DNA of 64,000 nucleotides from a virus, in the IMG/VR virus record IMGVR_UViG_3300010885_057925, positions 107,518-171,517 of that record; one strand, written 5' to 3'. Below the pieces are notes generated by a model, which saw only the letters and a list, made by a program, of their open reading frames with translations, did no database searches and was not told where the DNA came from. The position numbers were made by a program, and so were the translations under genes. Positions within the stretch are counted from its first letter, which is position 1, and the number at the start of each line of letters is the position of its first letter. Shown here one piece after another: positions 47,760 to 55,649 of the stretch.

Positions 47760-48446
47760 AGTTTCTAGATTGATTATATCAGATTCGCGTAAGATTACAA
47801 GTTTATGTGGAAAGTTTTTCCATTTTGATTTGTCACGCTCAGTGACGTATCCCTTAACTTCAATAAACATGTTATTGATTTTGAAGTCTGGAATATAGTA
47901 ATGAAATTCTCCGTGATGTTCATAAAGAAATTTATCTTTATTTCGTTCCCATTGAATGTTCATCGAATCCATGCAGCTAGCAAACCTAAACTCAAGTGTT
48001 GAGTCAAGATACACTTTACCTGCGATGGGAGAATCATACCATCCTCCCTTTCCAACCCCAGAACCTCTGCGATACCCACCAGCTTGTGGGTTCTTTTTCA
48101 TTTTCTCTGATATTTTACGACGTCTCTCATTTTCAATTTCTGAAGAATTCGCTTTCCACTTTCTTCCCTTGAGAGATTCGGACAATTTTGCTTTTGTTTC
48201 TTCGCTTGATTTTTTTCCTTTATTCCACCCGCCTCTTCCACGTCCCGTAAACGTAGCTCTCTTGTGAGCCCCTGCTCCCATTCCGTCACATATTTCTACG
48301 TGACGCTCTCTTTGAGAATGAATGTGATGTCCGCATTTTGGACATGCCCAACGAGGCGGTGGGGTCGTTCCATCACAAGATTTTCTGTGATTTCCGTGAC
48401 CAGCATTATTGACAAACTCACGATTACATTTACCGCATGTTACCAT
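47736..48446 (-). CDS. Putative homing endonuclease: Zn fingers + NUMOD3 + PD-(D/E)XK nuclease
   Basis: CGKC and CPKC; GKKSSEETKAKLSESLKG; YIPDF...IEVKG. Confidence 0.8.
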   Translation of the reverse strand: MVTCGKCNREFVNNAGHGNHRKSCDGTTPPPRWACPKCGHHIHSQRERHVEICDGMGAGAHKRATFTGRGRGGWNKGKKSSEETKAKLSESLKGRKWKANSSEIENERRRKISEKMKKNPQAGGYRRGSGVGKGGWYDSPIAGKVYLDSTLEFRFASCMDSMNIQWERNKDKFLYEHHGEFHYYIPDFKINNMFIEVKGYVTERDKSKWKNFPHKLVILRESDIINLETGGLPKWS

Positions 48447-48501
48447 GCTAGCTAAGTATGCGCCCAGCGGTTAATCGCGCTTGTCTTATTTATCTTAAAA
48501 T

Positions 48502-48588
48502 TGGTACCGGAAGCGGGACTCGAACCCGCACGTTCTCTATGAACGGAAGATTTTGAGTCTTCTGCGTCTACCGTTCCGCCATTCCGGT
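48502..48588 (-). tRNA. tRNA-Leu(CAA)
   Basis: GAAGA-CTCAAAA-TCTTC, long variable arm; CCA encoded. Confidence 0.93.
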
Positions 48589-48595
48589 AATTGTA

Positions 48596-48949
48596 TCAGA
48601 GCTTCATGGTCTCCCAATCACCGTCCCAGTTTGTGTATCGGACTGCTTTCACGCCCTTGATTCTCAGGAAGTTCTGGCAGTGAACGCACGGTTTTGCCAT
48701 TGTGAGTGTTCCATCTTTGAAGCACCTCATAACGTGAATACGCTCTGGAATATCCTGAAGCTTAAGAATCAGGTCAACTTCGGCGTGGATACCGTAGTGT
48801 GTATCGGGACTGTTGGCGTAGCGCTTGCGAAACTTTGCAGTCTTACGCCGCTCAGAATTAACTCCGATGGTGCCTTTCTTGTTGACGTAGGCAGCAACGT
48901 GGAAGATCTCGTTGTTGTTAAGCGCCCTGTTCTTCGCTTCGTAGTACAC
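48596..48949 (-). CDS. Zn-dependent cytidine/CMP deaminase-like protein (start uncertain; track ORF over-extends into tRNA-Gln)
   Basis: HAEVD...KPCVHCQ (HxE/PCxxC). Confidence 0.8.
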   Translation of the reverse strand: MYYEAKNRALNNNEIFHVAAYVNKKGTIGVNSERRKTAKFRKRYANSPDTHYGIHAEVDLILKLQDIPERIHVMRCFKDGTLTMAKPCVHCQNFLRIKGVKAVRYTNWDGDWETMKL

Positions 48950-48982
48950 TAGACATAACGTCCATACCCTCCATACATCATG

Positions 48983-49011
48983 ATAATACCACATCACGGG
49001 TGGGTTTGCAC
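48983..49011 (-). promoter_or_regulatory. Sigma70-like promoter GTGCAA-N17-TATTAT
   Basis: Repeated motif with extended -10 TG. Confidence 0.7.
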
Positions 49012-49023
49012 AATTCAAGTGGG

Positions 49024-49099
49024 TGGTTGGGGAGGAAGGACTCGAACCTTCAACATACGGAGTCAGAGTCCGTTGTTCTACCAATTGAACTACTCCCCA
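49024..49099 (-). tRNA. tRNA-Gln(CTG)
   Basis: ACGGA-CTCTGAC-TCCGT; CCA encoded. Confidence 0.93.
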
Positions 49100-49188
49100 G
49101 CGGAGCACGTGCTCTCCGTGCGGTCACACCACTGGCTATGATCACTTGCCCCGCAGGTGGCGCGGATTCCATTGCGTGGAAGAAAGTA

Positions 49189-49275
49189 CGGAGACGGAGA
49201 GATTCGAACTCTCGGTTCCCTTTCGGAAACACACGCTTTCCAAGCGTGCACCATCGGCCACTCGGTCACGTCTCC
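49189..49275 (-). tRNA. tRNA-Ser(GGA), no encoded CCA
   Basis: CACGC-TTGGAAA-GCGTG, long variable arm. Confidence 0.92.
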
Positions 49276-49288
49276 CTTTACTTTTTAA

Positions 49289-49364
49289 TGGTGGAGGATA
49301 TCGGGTTCGAACCGATGACCCTCGGCTTGCAAAGCCGATGCTCTCCCAACTGAGCTAATCCCCC
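49289..49364 (-). tRNA. tRNA-Ala(TGC)
   Basis: TCGGC-TTTGCAA-GCCGA; G3-U70; CCA encoded. Confidence 0.95.
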
Positions 49365-49502
49365 GTTGTGATCTTAAATATGCAACTCTATCTTCTTCGA
49401 TTAGCGAATCGAAAAATATTGTGAATGACTCTGATAATTTGATAAACCAGCGTGATCAGCCTCATGTACTTATGTTAATCTACCGCTAGCAATTTTGCAT
49501 GA

Positions 49503-51704
49503 TTATTTCAATTTTAGTAGCTTGATCAGCAGCGCCTCGTAGAGTGATGACTGCTCAACGCTCCTGTCATCGATGCTCGTGAGGTAGGCTGACATCTCTG
49601 ACTGAAATTCTGAGACGGCAGCGCTTAGCTTCATGATCTGCGATTTTGCGAACTCGTACTTGATCCGCTTGGACTCGCGCGTACGAGTCTCGTTAGAAGC
49701 ATCCGACCTCTTAATTTCTCCAAGCTTATCATACAGCTCGCTCAACCCGACCTCAGAAGCATTAGAGATCGCTTTTTTGTATTTCCTGTTGATCGCTTCC
49801 ATCTGCTGACGCTGCTCAGCTGGCACCGATGTCAACCATCCAGGAACGAAATCACTCTGAAAGAACGAGTCGAAATCGACGTCTAGATATCCATCGTTCT
49901 GCCTGAACACCTCAGGACTGTCACCGACCAAGTCCCTGTAGAGACCGATCTTTGACATCGCTCCGGACACGATATCTTGCAGCTGTTCGGAAAGATCTTC
50001 GACACCGCCGAGCTTTGCTTTTAGATCTTTGACGCGTGGCCGGTTTAGGTTCTTCTTGTCAAGGACCTTCAGCCGTTCAGCCCCAGCGCTCTCCCTCTCC
50101 TTCCTCTTTTCGACCGCGTATCTGAGACGTAGGACGTCGATCAGCCGCTTCTCACCGTGCTCAGGGTCTAGTATCGTGTAATCGCTGCCGAGCTCCTTTA
50201 TCACAGGCACGACGAGCTGTGTGAAGCGTTCAAGCGGCACCGAGCTGTGAAGGAACGCTGAACCCGATAGCATCACGAGAAATTTTGCTGCCTCGATGTC
50301 CTGCGACACGATGCTGCCCTTCACGCTGGCGAAGAATGATTCGCAGAGCTTGATCGCAAACTTTGCTGCGATCGGATCCGGACCTGTGACGTAGAGCCTC
50401 CCGAGGAATCTCTCCATCCAGCTGAACTTACCACCTGAACTATTAACGAGAGCATCGATGATGGATTCATTGCCAGCGAGATCGTAGGTGACAGCGATCT
50501 TGTACGGAAGGACAGCGTCAATTTTACCGGAGCTGCTCACGAACCAGGACACAATCTCGGAGATATCATCACGCAACCCGAGCTTATCAATCGTACCCCT
50601 CAGTTTGCTTCCGAATATCCTGTGGTTACGACCGGCAATCTCTATGAGATCGAACGCCGTAGTCCTTTTATCCGGCGTCGTCTTGAATTTGCGGATCTTG
50701 ATCCTGATGTCATCGACGGTGTCATTGATCTTGCTCTCAAGCTGTTGCTTGCTGTAAGTTGAATAGTTGGGTTGCTTCTGAAAGGCATTGTTGAACTGGC
50801 GCATCTCATCTATGATGGATGTGTCCATGACAGCGATCTGCTGGGGTTCATTACTGTGGACAAGACCCTCGCCCGCATCGTCAACAAGCGCTTTGATTCC
50901 GACCATGATGAGGAGCCTTCTCCAAACAGAGATATCAGAGCTCTTCACTCGCGAGTCTGTGTCCGCTGCAGTGTCGAAATCTGCAGCAACTTTCATGCTT
51001 GAGAGCGCCCGTGAGAGCGTCCAGATGATCTGCAGTCTTCCGAGGTTAGATATCGAGCTTGAGTTCTTCGGTGACGTGTCATTGACACCGAAGACTTTAT
51101 TGTGCCGTCCGGCCTGAACCAGCATCGACATGAATGATCTTTCTGGATTAACGTCCTTGCTGTTCTGCTTGAACCACCCAAGAAGCTTGTCGATGGCTGC
51201 CCTGTAGGTGGCGTCGTCCATTCCTGTCGATGTCTGGAACACGCCTGACATATCGTTGAAGCTGAAGAAGTTGATGTAAGGAGCTTCGGCAACGAACGGA
51301 AGCTGGTAAGTTACCTCGGCGTACGGGCTCAGTTGGTCCGCAATCTCAGGCATCTCGAGTCCCATCTGCATGTAGCGCCCTCTCGTGAGATGCATGATCA
51401 TCTCCGGAGTGACAGGATACGCGTACAGGGCGAGCGGAGTATCGAACGGCGACGCTGGATTGATCCCGACCTTCTGGATCGAGGTCATGGTGAAGCCGTA
51501 CCTCACCCGATCGCCGGCGCTCCTGCGAGCGAGATCGAGTCCGAACTGTGCGATCTGCTTCTCGGTGTCCTGCCGTCCTGATTTCGTGACGGGAGCGTCA
51601 GGTTCATCAGCAGCGCTGAGAGCAGCTCGCGTGGAAGCGCGGCGGGCACGGGACGACTCCTCGAGCTCTTGATGCACGATCTGCCTGATAAGTCTTCGAT
51701 TCAT
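49503..51704 (-). CDS. Large hypothetical protein with N-terminal leader
   Basis: MNRRLIRQIVHQELEES; KVGINP...TPLALYAYP and D.GEGLVHSNEPQQ segments. Confidence 0.75.
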   Translation of the reverse strand: MNRRLIRQIVHQELEESSRARRASTRAALSAADEPDAPVTKSGRQDTEKQIAQFGLDLARRSAGDRVRYGFTMTSIQKVGINPASPFDTPLALYAYPVTPEMIMHLTRGRYMQMGLEMPEIADQLSPYAEVTYQLPFVAEAPYINFFSFNDMSGVFQTSTGMDDATYRAAIDKLLGWFKQNSKDVNPERSFMSMLVQAGRHNKVFGVNDTSPKNSSSISNLGRLQIIWTLSRALSSMKVAADFDTAADTDSRVKSSDISVWRRLLIMVGIKALVDDAGEGLVHSNEPQQIAVMDTSIIDEMRQFNNAFQKQPNYSTYSKQQLESKINDTVDDIRIKIRKFKTTPDKRTTAFDLIEIAGRNHRIFGSKLRGTIDKLGLRDDISEIVSWFVSSSGKIDAVLPYKIAVTYDLAGNESIIDALVNSSGGKFSWMERFLGRLYVTGPDPIAAKFAIKLCESFFASVKGSIVSQDIEAAKFLVMLSGSAFLHSSVPLERFTQLVVPVIKELGSDYTILDPEHGEKRLIDVLRLRYAVEKRKERESAGAERLKVLDKKNLNRPRVKDLKAKLGGVEDLSEQLQDIVSGAMSKIGLYRDLVGDSPEVFRQNDGYLDVDFDSFFQSDFVPGWLTSVPAEQRQQMEAINRKYKKAISNASEVGLSELYDKLGEIKRSDASNETRTRESKRIKYEFAKSQIMKLSAAVSEFQSEMSAYLTSIDDRSVEQSSLYEALLIKLLKLK

Positions 51705-51721
51705 GATGGTAATTATACGAG

Positions 51722-51753
51722 AAAACGCCGTTAGGCGATTACCTAACGGCGTT
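51722..51753 (-). terminator. Intrinsic terminator after tRNA-Lys(CTT)
   Basis: AACGCCGTTAGG/CCTAACGGCGTT. Confidence 0.8.
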
Positions 51754-51766
51754 CTTGTCTATCATC

Positions 51767-51842
51767 TGGTGGACCGGGTGGGGGACGATCCCACGACCTG
51801 CGGATTAAGAGTCCGACGCTCTACCAGCTGAGCTACCGGTCC
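51767..51842 (-). tRNA. tRNA-Lys(CTT)
   Basis: CGGA-CTCTTAA-TCCG; T-loop ATCGTCC; CCA encoded. Confidence 0.9.
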
Positions 51843-51846
51843 AAGA

Positions 51847-51922
51847 TGGTGGCACTAACTTGATTCGAACAAGTGACCGAGCGTGTATGAAACGCTTGCT
51901 CTACCGACTGAGCTATAGTGCC
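51847..51922 (-). tRNA. tRNA-CAT (elongator Met, or Ile2)
   Basis: AGCGT-TTCATAC-ACGCT; paired G1-C72, so not an initiator; CCA encoded. Confidence 0.88.
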
Positions 51923-51926
51923 GAAA

Positions 51927-52003
51927 TGGTAGGCTCGGTCGGAGTCGAACCGACGACCTCCTCCGTATCAGAGAGGCGCTCTAACCAACTGAGCTACGAG
52001 CCT
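51927..52003 (-). tRNA. tRNA-Ile(GAT)
   Basis: CCTCT-CTGATAC-GGAGG; CCA encoded. Confidence 0.93.
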
Positions 52004-52016
52004 GTGCATTTATATA

Positions 52017-52092
52017 TGGTGGCTTCGGGCGGGATTGAACCGCCGACACACGGATTTTCAATCCGTTGCTCTACCAGCTGAGCTACAAAGCC
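52017..52092 (-). tRNA. tRNA-Phe(GAA)
   Basis: ACGGA-TTGAAAA-TCCGT; CCA encoded. Confidence 0.95.
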
Positions 52093-52113
52093 GAAGTTCT
52101 TCTCAAGTAACTA

Positions 52114-52437
52114 TCAACCGGCTGAAGTGTCACCACTTCCGGTGTCGCCAGAAGTACCAGTGTCGGTTGCGCCCGTGTCGGTACCGGTATCCACGGGAGT
52201 CGAGGTATCAGCACCGGTGTCAGACCCCGTATCCGTGCCAGTGTCCACAGGGAGAGAAGTGTCCGCGGTATCGCCGCCACTCGTATCGGCAGTGTCCGCA
52301 GGGTCGGTGCCGCCGGTATCAGCAGCCGTGTCCTGGGTCGAGGTGTCACCAGGGCACTCGGTGACCTTGTCATCCTTATCGTCGTCACCGCATGCTGCAA
52401 GAAAGAGGAGCGGAAGGGCGAGAAGTACGTTACGCAT
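52114..52437 (-). CDS. Asp/Thr/Gly (DTG)-repeat lipoprotein
   Basis: MRNVLLALPLLFLAAC lipobox followed by DTG/DTS/DTA repeats. Confidence 0.8.
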   Translation of the reverse strand: MRNVLLALPLLFLAACGDDDKDDKVTECPGDTSTQDTAADTGGTDPADTADTSGGDTADTSLPVDTGTDTGSDTGADTSTPVDTGTDTGATDTGTSGDTGSGDTSAG

Positions 52438-52481
52438 TGATTTTCCTTTGTTGAAATGCCCCGTGTGGGCGTTGTTGGGAA

Positions 52482-52557
52482 TGGCGGGGCGTGAGGGAAT
52501 CGAACCCCCACAAGGCAGGGTAGAAACCTGCTGCACTATCCGTTATGCTAACGCCCC
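52482..52557 (-). tRNA. tRNA-Arg(TCT) copy 1
   Basis: GCAGG-TTTCTAC-CCTGC; CCA encoded. Confidence 0.88.
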
Positions 52558-52610
52558 AAGATTCTCTGTCTTTCCAGAGTGTCAGATTGATTGTCTCACA
52601 ATCATTGAAA

Positions 52611-52686
52611 TGGTTGGGGTGGTGGGGATTGAACCCACGACCTCGGCTTTATAAGAACCGCACTCTGACCACTGAGTTACACCCCA
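52611..52686 (-). tRNA. tRNA-Ile(TAT)
   Basis: CGGTT-CTTATAA-AGCCG; CCA encoded. Confidence 0.88.
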
Positions 52687-52755
52687 GTAAGATTCCAGGT
52701 GTCATTTTTCGAGTGACTTATGTTCGTCAAGCCGCGGCCTAACTAAATTTTAAAG

Positions 52756-52832
52756 TGGCGACCGATGAGAGACTCGAACTCCCAACCTAGAGGGTAGAAA
52801 CCTCTTGCTCTATCCGATTGAGCTAACCGGCC
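52756..52832 (-). tRNA. tRNA-Arg(TCT) copy 2
   Basis: AGAGG-TTTCTAC-CCTCT; CCA encoded. Confidence 0.9.
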
Positions 52833-52842
52833 TTACATTTAT

Positions 52843-52871
52843 ACTATACACTGGTTGTCAGGAGTTTGCAC
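52843..52871 (-). promoter_or_regulatory. Sigma70-like promoter GTGCAA-N17-TATAGT
   Basis: Directly upstream of the seven-tRNA run. Confidence 0.7.
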
Positions 52872-53178
52872 GATTCCTGATTTTTTCCACCAGCTCTTTT
52901 ACCGCGCTCTCACTGTTTCCAACGACTCGATCGATTTCGATGCTGTCGTGGTATCCAATCACGGTAGGAAGCGACATCACGTCGGCTTCGGTTGCGTAGT
53001 CTCGCGCTTCATCAATATCAACGTAAGCGAAGATCATGTCAGAATTGTCAAGAGATATCTTTTCAATCTTGGGCTTCAGATGCTTACATGGCATGCACCA
53101 AGAAGCTCCGATCTGGACAACAACGAGCTTGTTGCTATCGATGAGATCTCGAATGTCGTCTTCGTTGCGAGTGATCAT
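52858..53178 (-). CDS. Thioredoxin
   Basis: ASWCMPCK, VMSLPT. Confidence 0.9.
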   Translation of the reverse strand: MITRNEDDIRDLIDSNKLVVVQIGASWCMPCKHLKPKIEKISLDNSDMIFAYVDIDEARDYATEADVMSLPTVIGYHDSIEIDRVVGNSESAVKELVEKIRNRANS

Positions 53179-53218
53179 GTGCGTTGTTCCTTAGAATGCT
53201 CTATTCTAGAACGTGAAA

Positions 53219-53869
53219 TCACTCTTTGAAATCATCTCTCAAACATTCTAGATACAAACTTTTGTCGTTGTTCCATCTCGTACCATCCCACCATTCAAAC
53301 CCGCTGAAATTGGATTTGTAAGCTGCAGCTGACCCGTATCCTTCATAGACGTACAGGTGGCTTACACCTCTATCTTTTGAAGTCTGGCAAGCTCGAGTCC
53401 AGCAAGCTTTGCCCGGCGAAGTTTTAGTTCCTGATTTCTCAAATGCGCAGATTGGATAGAGCGCCGATGATCCGAAATGTACGGTCGTGTACCAACAGTT
53501 TCCGAGCTCTGAGAGACCTTTCTCTAGTTTGAGAGTTCCACAGCTGTTGAAGGTATCATGCGGGTAATTGATTATTCCACGCTCCCGCCGATAAGAACTC
53601 AGCATCTCAAGATCACTGTCTTCCAGCTTAGAAATTTCCTTCCACACATAGTGAGCGGTCGAATCAACCTCCGAGTTGCTGGCTGACCATTTCGAGAGAT
53701 CGATCCTGACAGACCTCGACATGTACCAGTCTAGGGTGATAGGATCAAAAAGCCACCCACCGGCTAGCAGCTCATCAGGAGTCTCACCATCAGGAGCGCA
53801 AGAGACCGTCAGCAAGCACTCCCAATTCTTTGTATCAACACCTGATGTGGTGTCAAACCTTATCTTCAT
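53219..53869 (-). CDS. Putative aminoacyl-tRNA-protein transferase (ATE/Bpt-like, GNAT fold)
   Basis: ELLAGGW, SRSVRIDL, SPGK, GVSHLYVYEGY...YKSNF.GFEWWDG resemble ATE N- and C-terminal motifs. Confidence 0.55.
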   Translation of the reverse strand: MKIRFDTTSGVDTKNWECLLTVSCAPDGETPDELLAGGWLFDPITLDWYMSRSVRIDLSKWSASNSEVDSTAHYVWKEISKLEDSDLEMLSSYRRERGIINYPHDTFNSCGTLKLEKGLSELGNCWYTTVHFGSSALYPICAFEKSGTKTSPGKACWTRACQTSKDRGVSHLYVYEGYGSAAAYKSNFSGFEWWDGTRWNNDKSLYLECLRDDFKE

Positions 53870-54569
53870 CTGGCACCAGCGGAGAGTCCGAAGCGTTGTA
53901 CATCTCACTTCTATCCTCGTTACTCTCACCCTTCTCGAGGTCGGTGTGATCGTATTCCATGATGTCGGTATCAGGAGTGACCCATCGCCAGTTGCGCTCA
54001 GCAGACCACTGCGTGGAGCTGTACTTGCGGTGGATCACCAGCTGATCGGGCTTCGTGCAGAAGGACGGATCATGAACGGTGAGGCGATTGTTGGGCTGGA
54101 TGGCGAAGTTGCCGTTGTCCATCCTGATGAAGTGACCGCACTTGTGGTGGGACGGGTACTCCGATAGACCGAGATTCGGCATCGTCTCATCCTCATGAGC
54201 CCAGTCCAGCGTGAACATGTAGGTGCCGCGATACTTCTCCCGGCGACGACTGATAAACTGGATCTTCTTGTTCTTCAGCATCGCGAACTGCGTCACTGAC
54301 ACATGGTAGGAGAACGAATCCCAGAGCACGAGCTCATCGAGCTCCTGGTCAGGTGCGTCATCCTTCCAGCAGAAAGCGTGGATAGGCATGCGCCACCACA
54401 TGCCACCGTCCTCCATCATGAAGTGGAAGCACGGTGCGTTGCCGGGTATCGATGACATGCCGAAGACCATGCACGGGAGCTTGACCCCGTGGCTGTCCTC
54501 ACCGTTGCGCAGGAACTCTGCGCGGATGTAAGCTTCAAACGGTGGAACGCTGATGTTTAGGAAAGACAT
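53853..54569 (-). CDS. Hypothetical phage protein
   Basis: 238 aa; WRMPIHAF, LWDSFSY, YMFTLDW, HKCGH, QPNNR. Confidence 0.7.
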   Translation of the reverse strand: MSFLNISVPPFEAYIRAEFLRNGEDSHGVKLPCMVFGMSSIPGNAPCFHFMMEDGGMWWRMPIHAFCWKDDAPDQELDELVLWDSFSYHVSVTQFAMLKNKKIQFISRRREKYRGTYMFTLDWAHEDETMPNLGLSEYPSHHKCGHFIRMDNGNFAIQPNNRLTVHDPSFCTKPDQLVIHRKYSSTQWSAERNWRWVTPDTDIMEYDHTDLEKGESNEDRSEMYNASDSPLVPDEDKV

Positions 54570-54587
54570 ACATGTCCTGTTTTGAAA

Positions 54588-54662
54588 TGGCGCCCGAGGC
54601 TGGGAATGATCCAGCGACCTAGCGGTTAACAGCCGCTTGCTCTACCACTGAGCTACTCGGGC
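54588..54662 (-). tRNA. tRNA-Asn(GTT)
   Basis: AGCGG-CTGTTAA-CCGCT; T-loop ATCATTC; CCA encoded. Confidence 0.9.
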
Positions 54663-55381
54663 AGAGTTGTATTATCCTGAATCGGGTAGAGTTGTTTAGC
54701 TTCTTTGCGCTGCCTGTGCCACTCTTTCATTCTTTGCGAATGGGCTTCTTTCTCTTCAAGAGTCATCGGCTTGCGATGCGCTCTTGCCTCTTTCATTCTT
54801 TGACGCTTGATTTCCAAGCGCTCAGCAGCATCTGCATTTTCAAGTTGACGTTGATGAGCTAAACGAACGCTCTCAGCAATTTTAGCCCTCTGCTCAGGAG
54901 TCTTCTTTTTACCCCTCAAAGCTGCGGCCATTCTATCACCAAAAGCCTGCTTCTCAGCATCAGGTTTGGAAGCCCATGCTTTCTTGCATGCCTCACTGAT
55001 GTCTGGTCTTTCCTTTCCTTTGAGGTGCTCAGAAAGAACCTTCTTAGTTTCGTCAGAGTGAGATTTTCCCTTGAACTTTGAGATACCAGATGCGTTGATC
55101 CAATCGAAGCCACCCGTGCCTCCTCTTCGAAGATTGTAGGTGTCGTCTCTTGCAAGAAACTCTTCGTTGATTACTTCTGACTCTCTTTGGAACATCGTTT
55201 CGACATCAGGAAAGAACTCAAGAATTGTCTTTTCAAAGTTCTCTACGCCTTGCTTCTCGATAGCCTGTAGGATGATCTTACCTGATCCCATGTAGCCATC
55301 TTCAAGATTGTCTGTCTTGTGAACTCCGACGTAGATTTTCCCGTTCAACTTGTTCTTCACTTCGTAGAGATAGTAGTGCAT
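54653..55381 (-). CDS. GIY-YIG homing endonuclease (Seg-like) with NUMOD3 repeats
   Basis: YLYEVKNKLNGKIYVGVHKT...YMGSG...YNLRRGG; GKSHSDETK. Confidence 0.9.
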   Translation of the reverse strand: MHYYLYEVKNKLNGKIYVGVHKTDNLEDGYMGSGKIILQAIEKQGVENFEKTILEFFPDVETMFQRESEVINEEFLARDDTYNLRRGGTGGFDWINASGISKFKGKSHSDETKKVLSEHLKGKERPDISEACKKAWASKPDAEKQAFGDRMAAALRGKKKTPEQRAKIAESVRLAHQRQLENADAAERLEIKRQRMKEARAHRKPMTLEEKEAHSQRMKEWHRQRKEAKQLYPIQDNTTLPE

Positions 55382-55433
55382 CTTTGCTCCCACTAATAAC
55401 TATGCACAATGTGTAGACTAGTTCTCAACTTAT

Positions 55434-55508
55434 TGGAGCAGATGTCGGGATTTGAACCCGATTCTCCAGCTTGGAAGGCTGGGGCAACAACCCATATACC
55501 ACATCTGC
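55434..55508 (-). tRNA. tRNA-Gly(TCC)
   Basis: CCAGC-CTTCCAA-GCTGG; U73; CCA encoded. Confidence 0.9.
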
Positions 55509-55649
55509 ATTGAAAGAATGAACATGGAGACCCGGAGCCCGTACAGCGTCATCAGTCCCGGTTCAGCTGTGCTCCCCATTTGCATGGGATACTGTACACC
55601 CGCTGTCCACGTTCTATTTAATCTTATTCTAGTATTTCTTCGTGTTTAA

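Noticed and set aside
48950-49108. N-terminal extensions of track ORFs 48596..49108, 52114..52536, 61399..62049 and 62071..62958
   Set aside because: They run through tRNA genes or promoter/RBS regions; downstream starts fit better.
49100-49188. Theta/HDV-like ribozyme after the CCA-less tRNA-Ser
   Set aside because: GCCACCTGCGGGGC resembles P3/L3, but I could not build P1.1 or a convincing P1/P2 pseudoknot. Kept only as a generic structured spacer.
52114-52400. CRISPR-like or tandem DNA repeats
   Set aside because: The repeats are degenerate codons of the DTG-repeat lipoprotein, with no constant repeat-spacer structure. No CRISPR array was seen anywhere in the window.
52482-52832. Reading the TTTCTAC loops as amber suppressor (CTA) tRNAs, implying a recoded genome
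   Set aside because: The 5-bp stems centre the 7-nt loops on TCT (Arg). TAG and TGA end many genes normally, and long ORFs are intact under the standard code.
47736-55381. Group I introns in tRNA genes carrying the endonucleases
   Set aside because: The flanking tRNAs are contiguous and complete, so the endonucleases are free-standing.
55540-55595. Hammerhead ribozyme suggested by CTGATGA on the minus strand
   Set aside because: There is no GAAA core at the required position opposite stem II.
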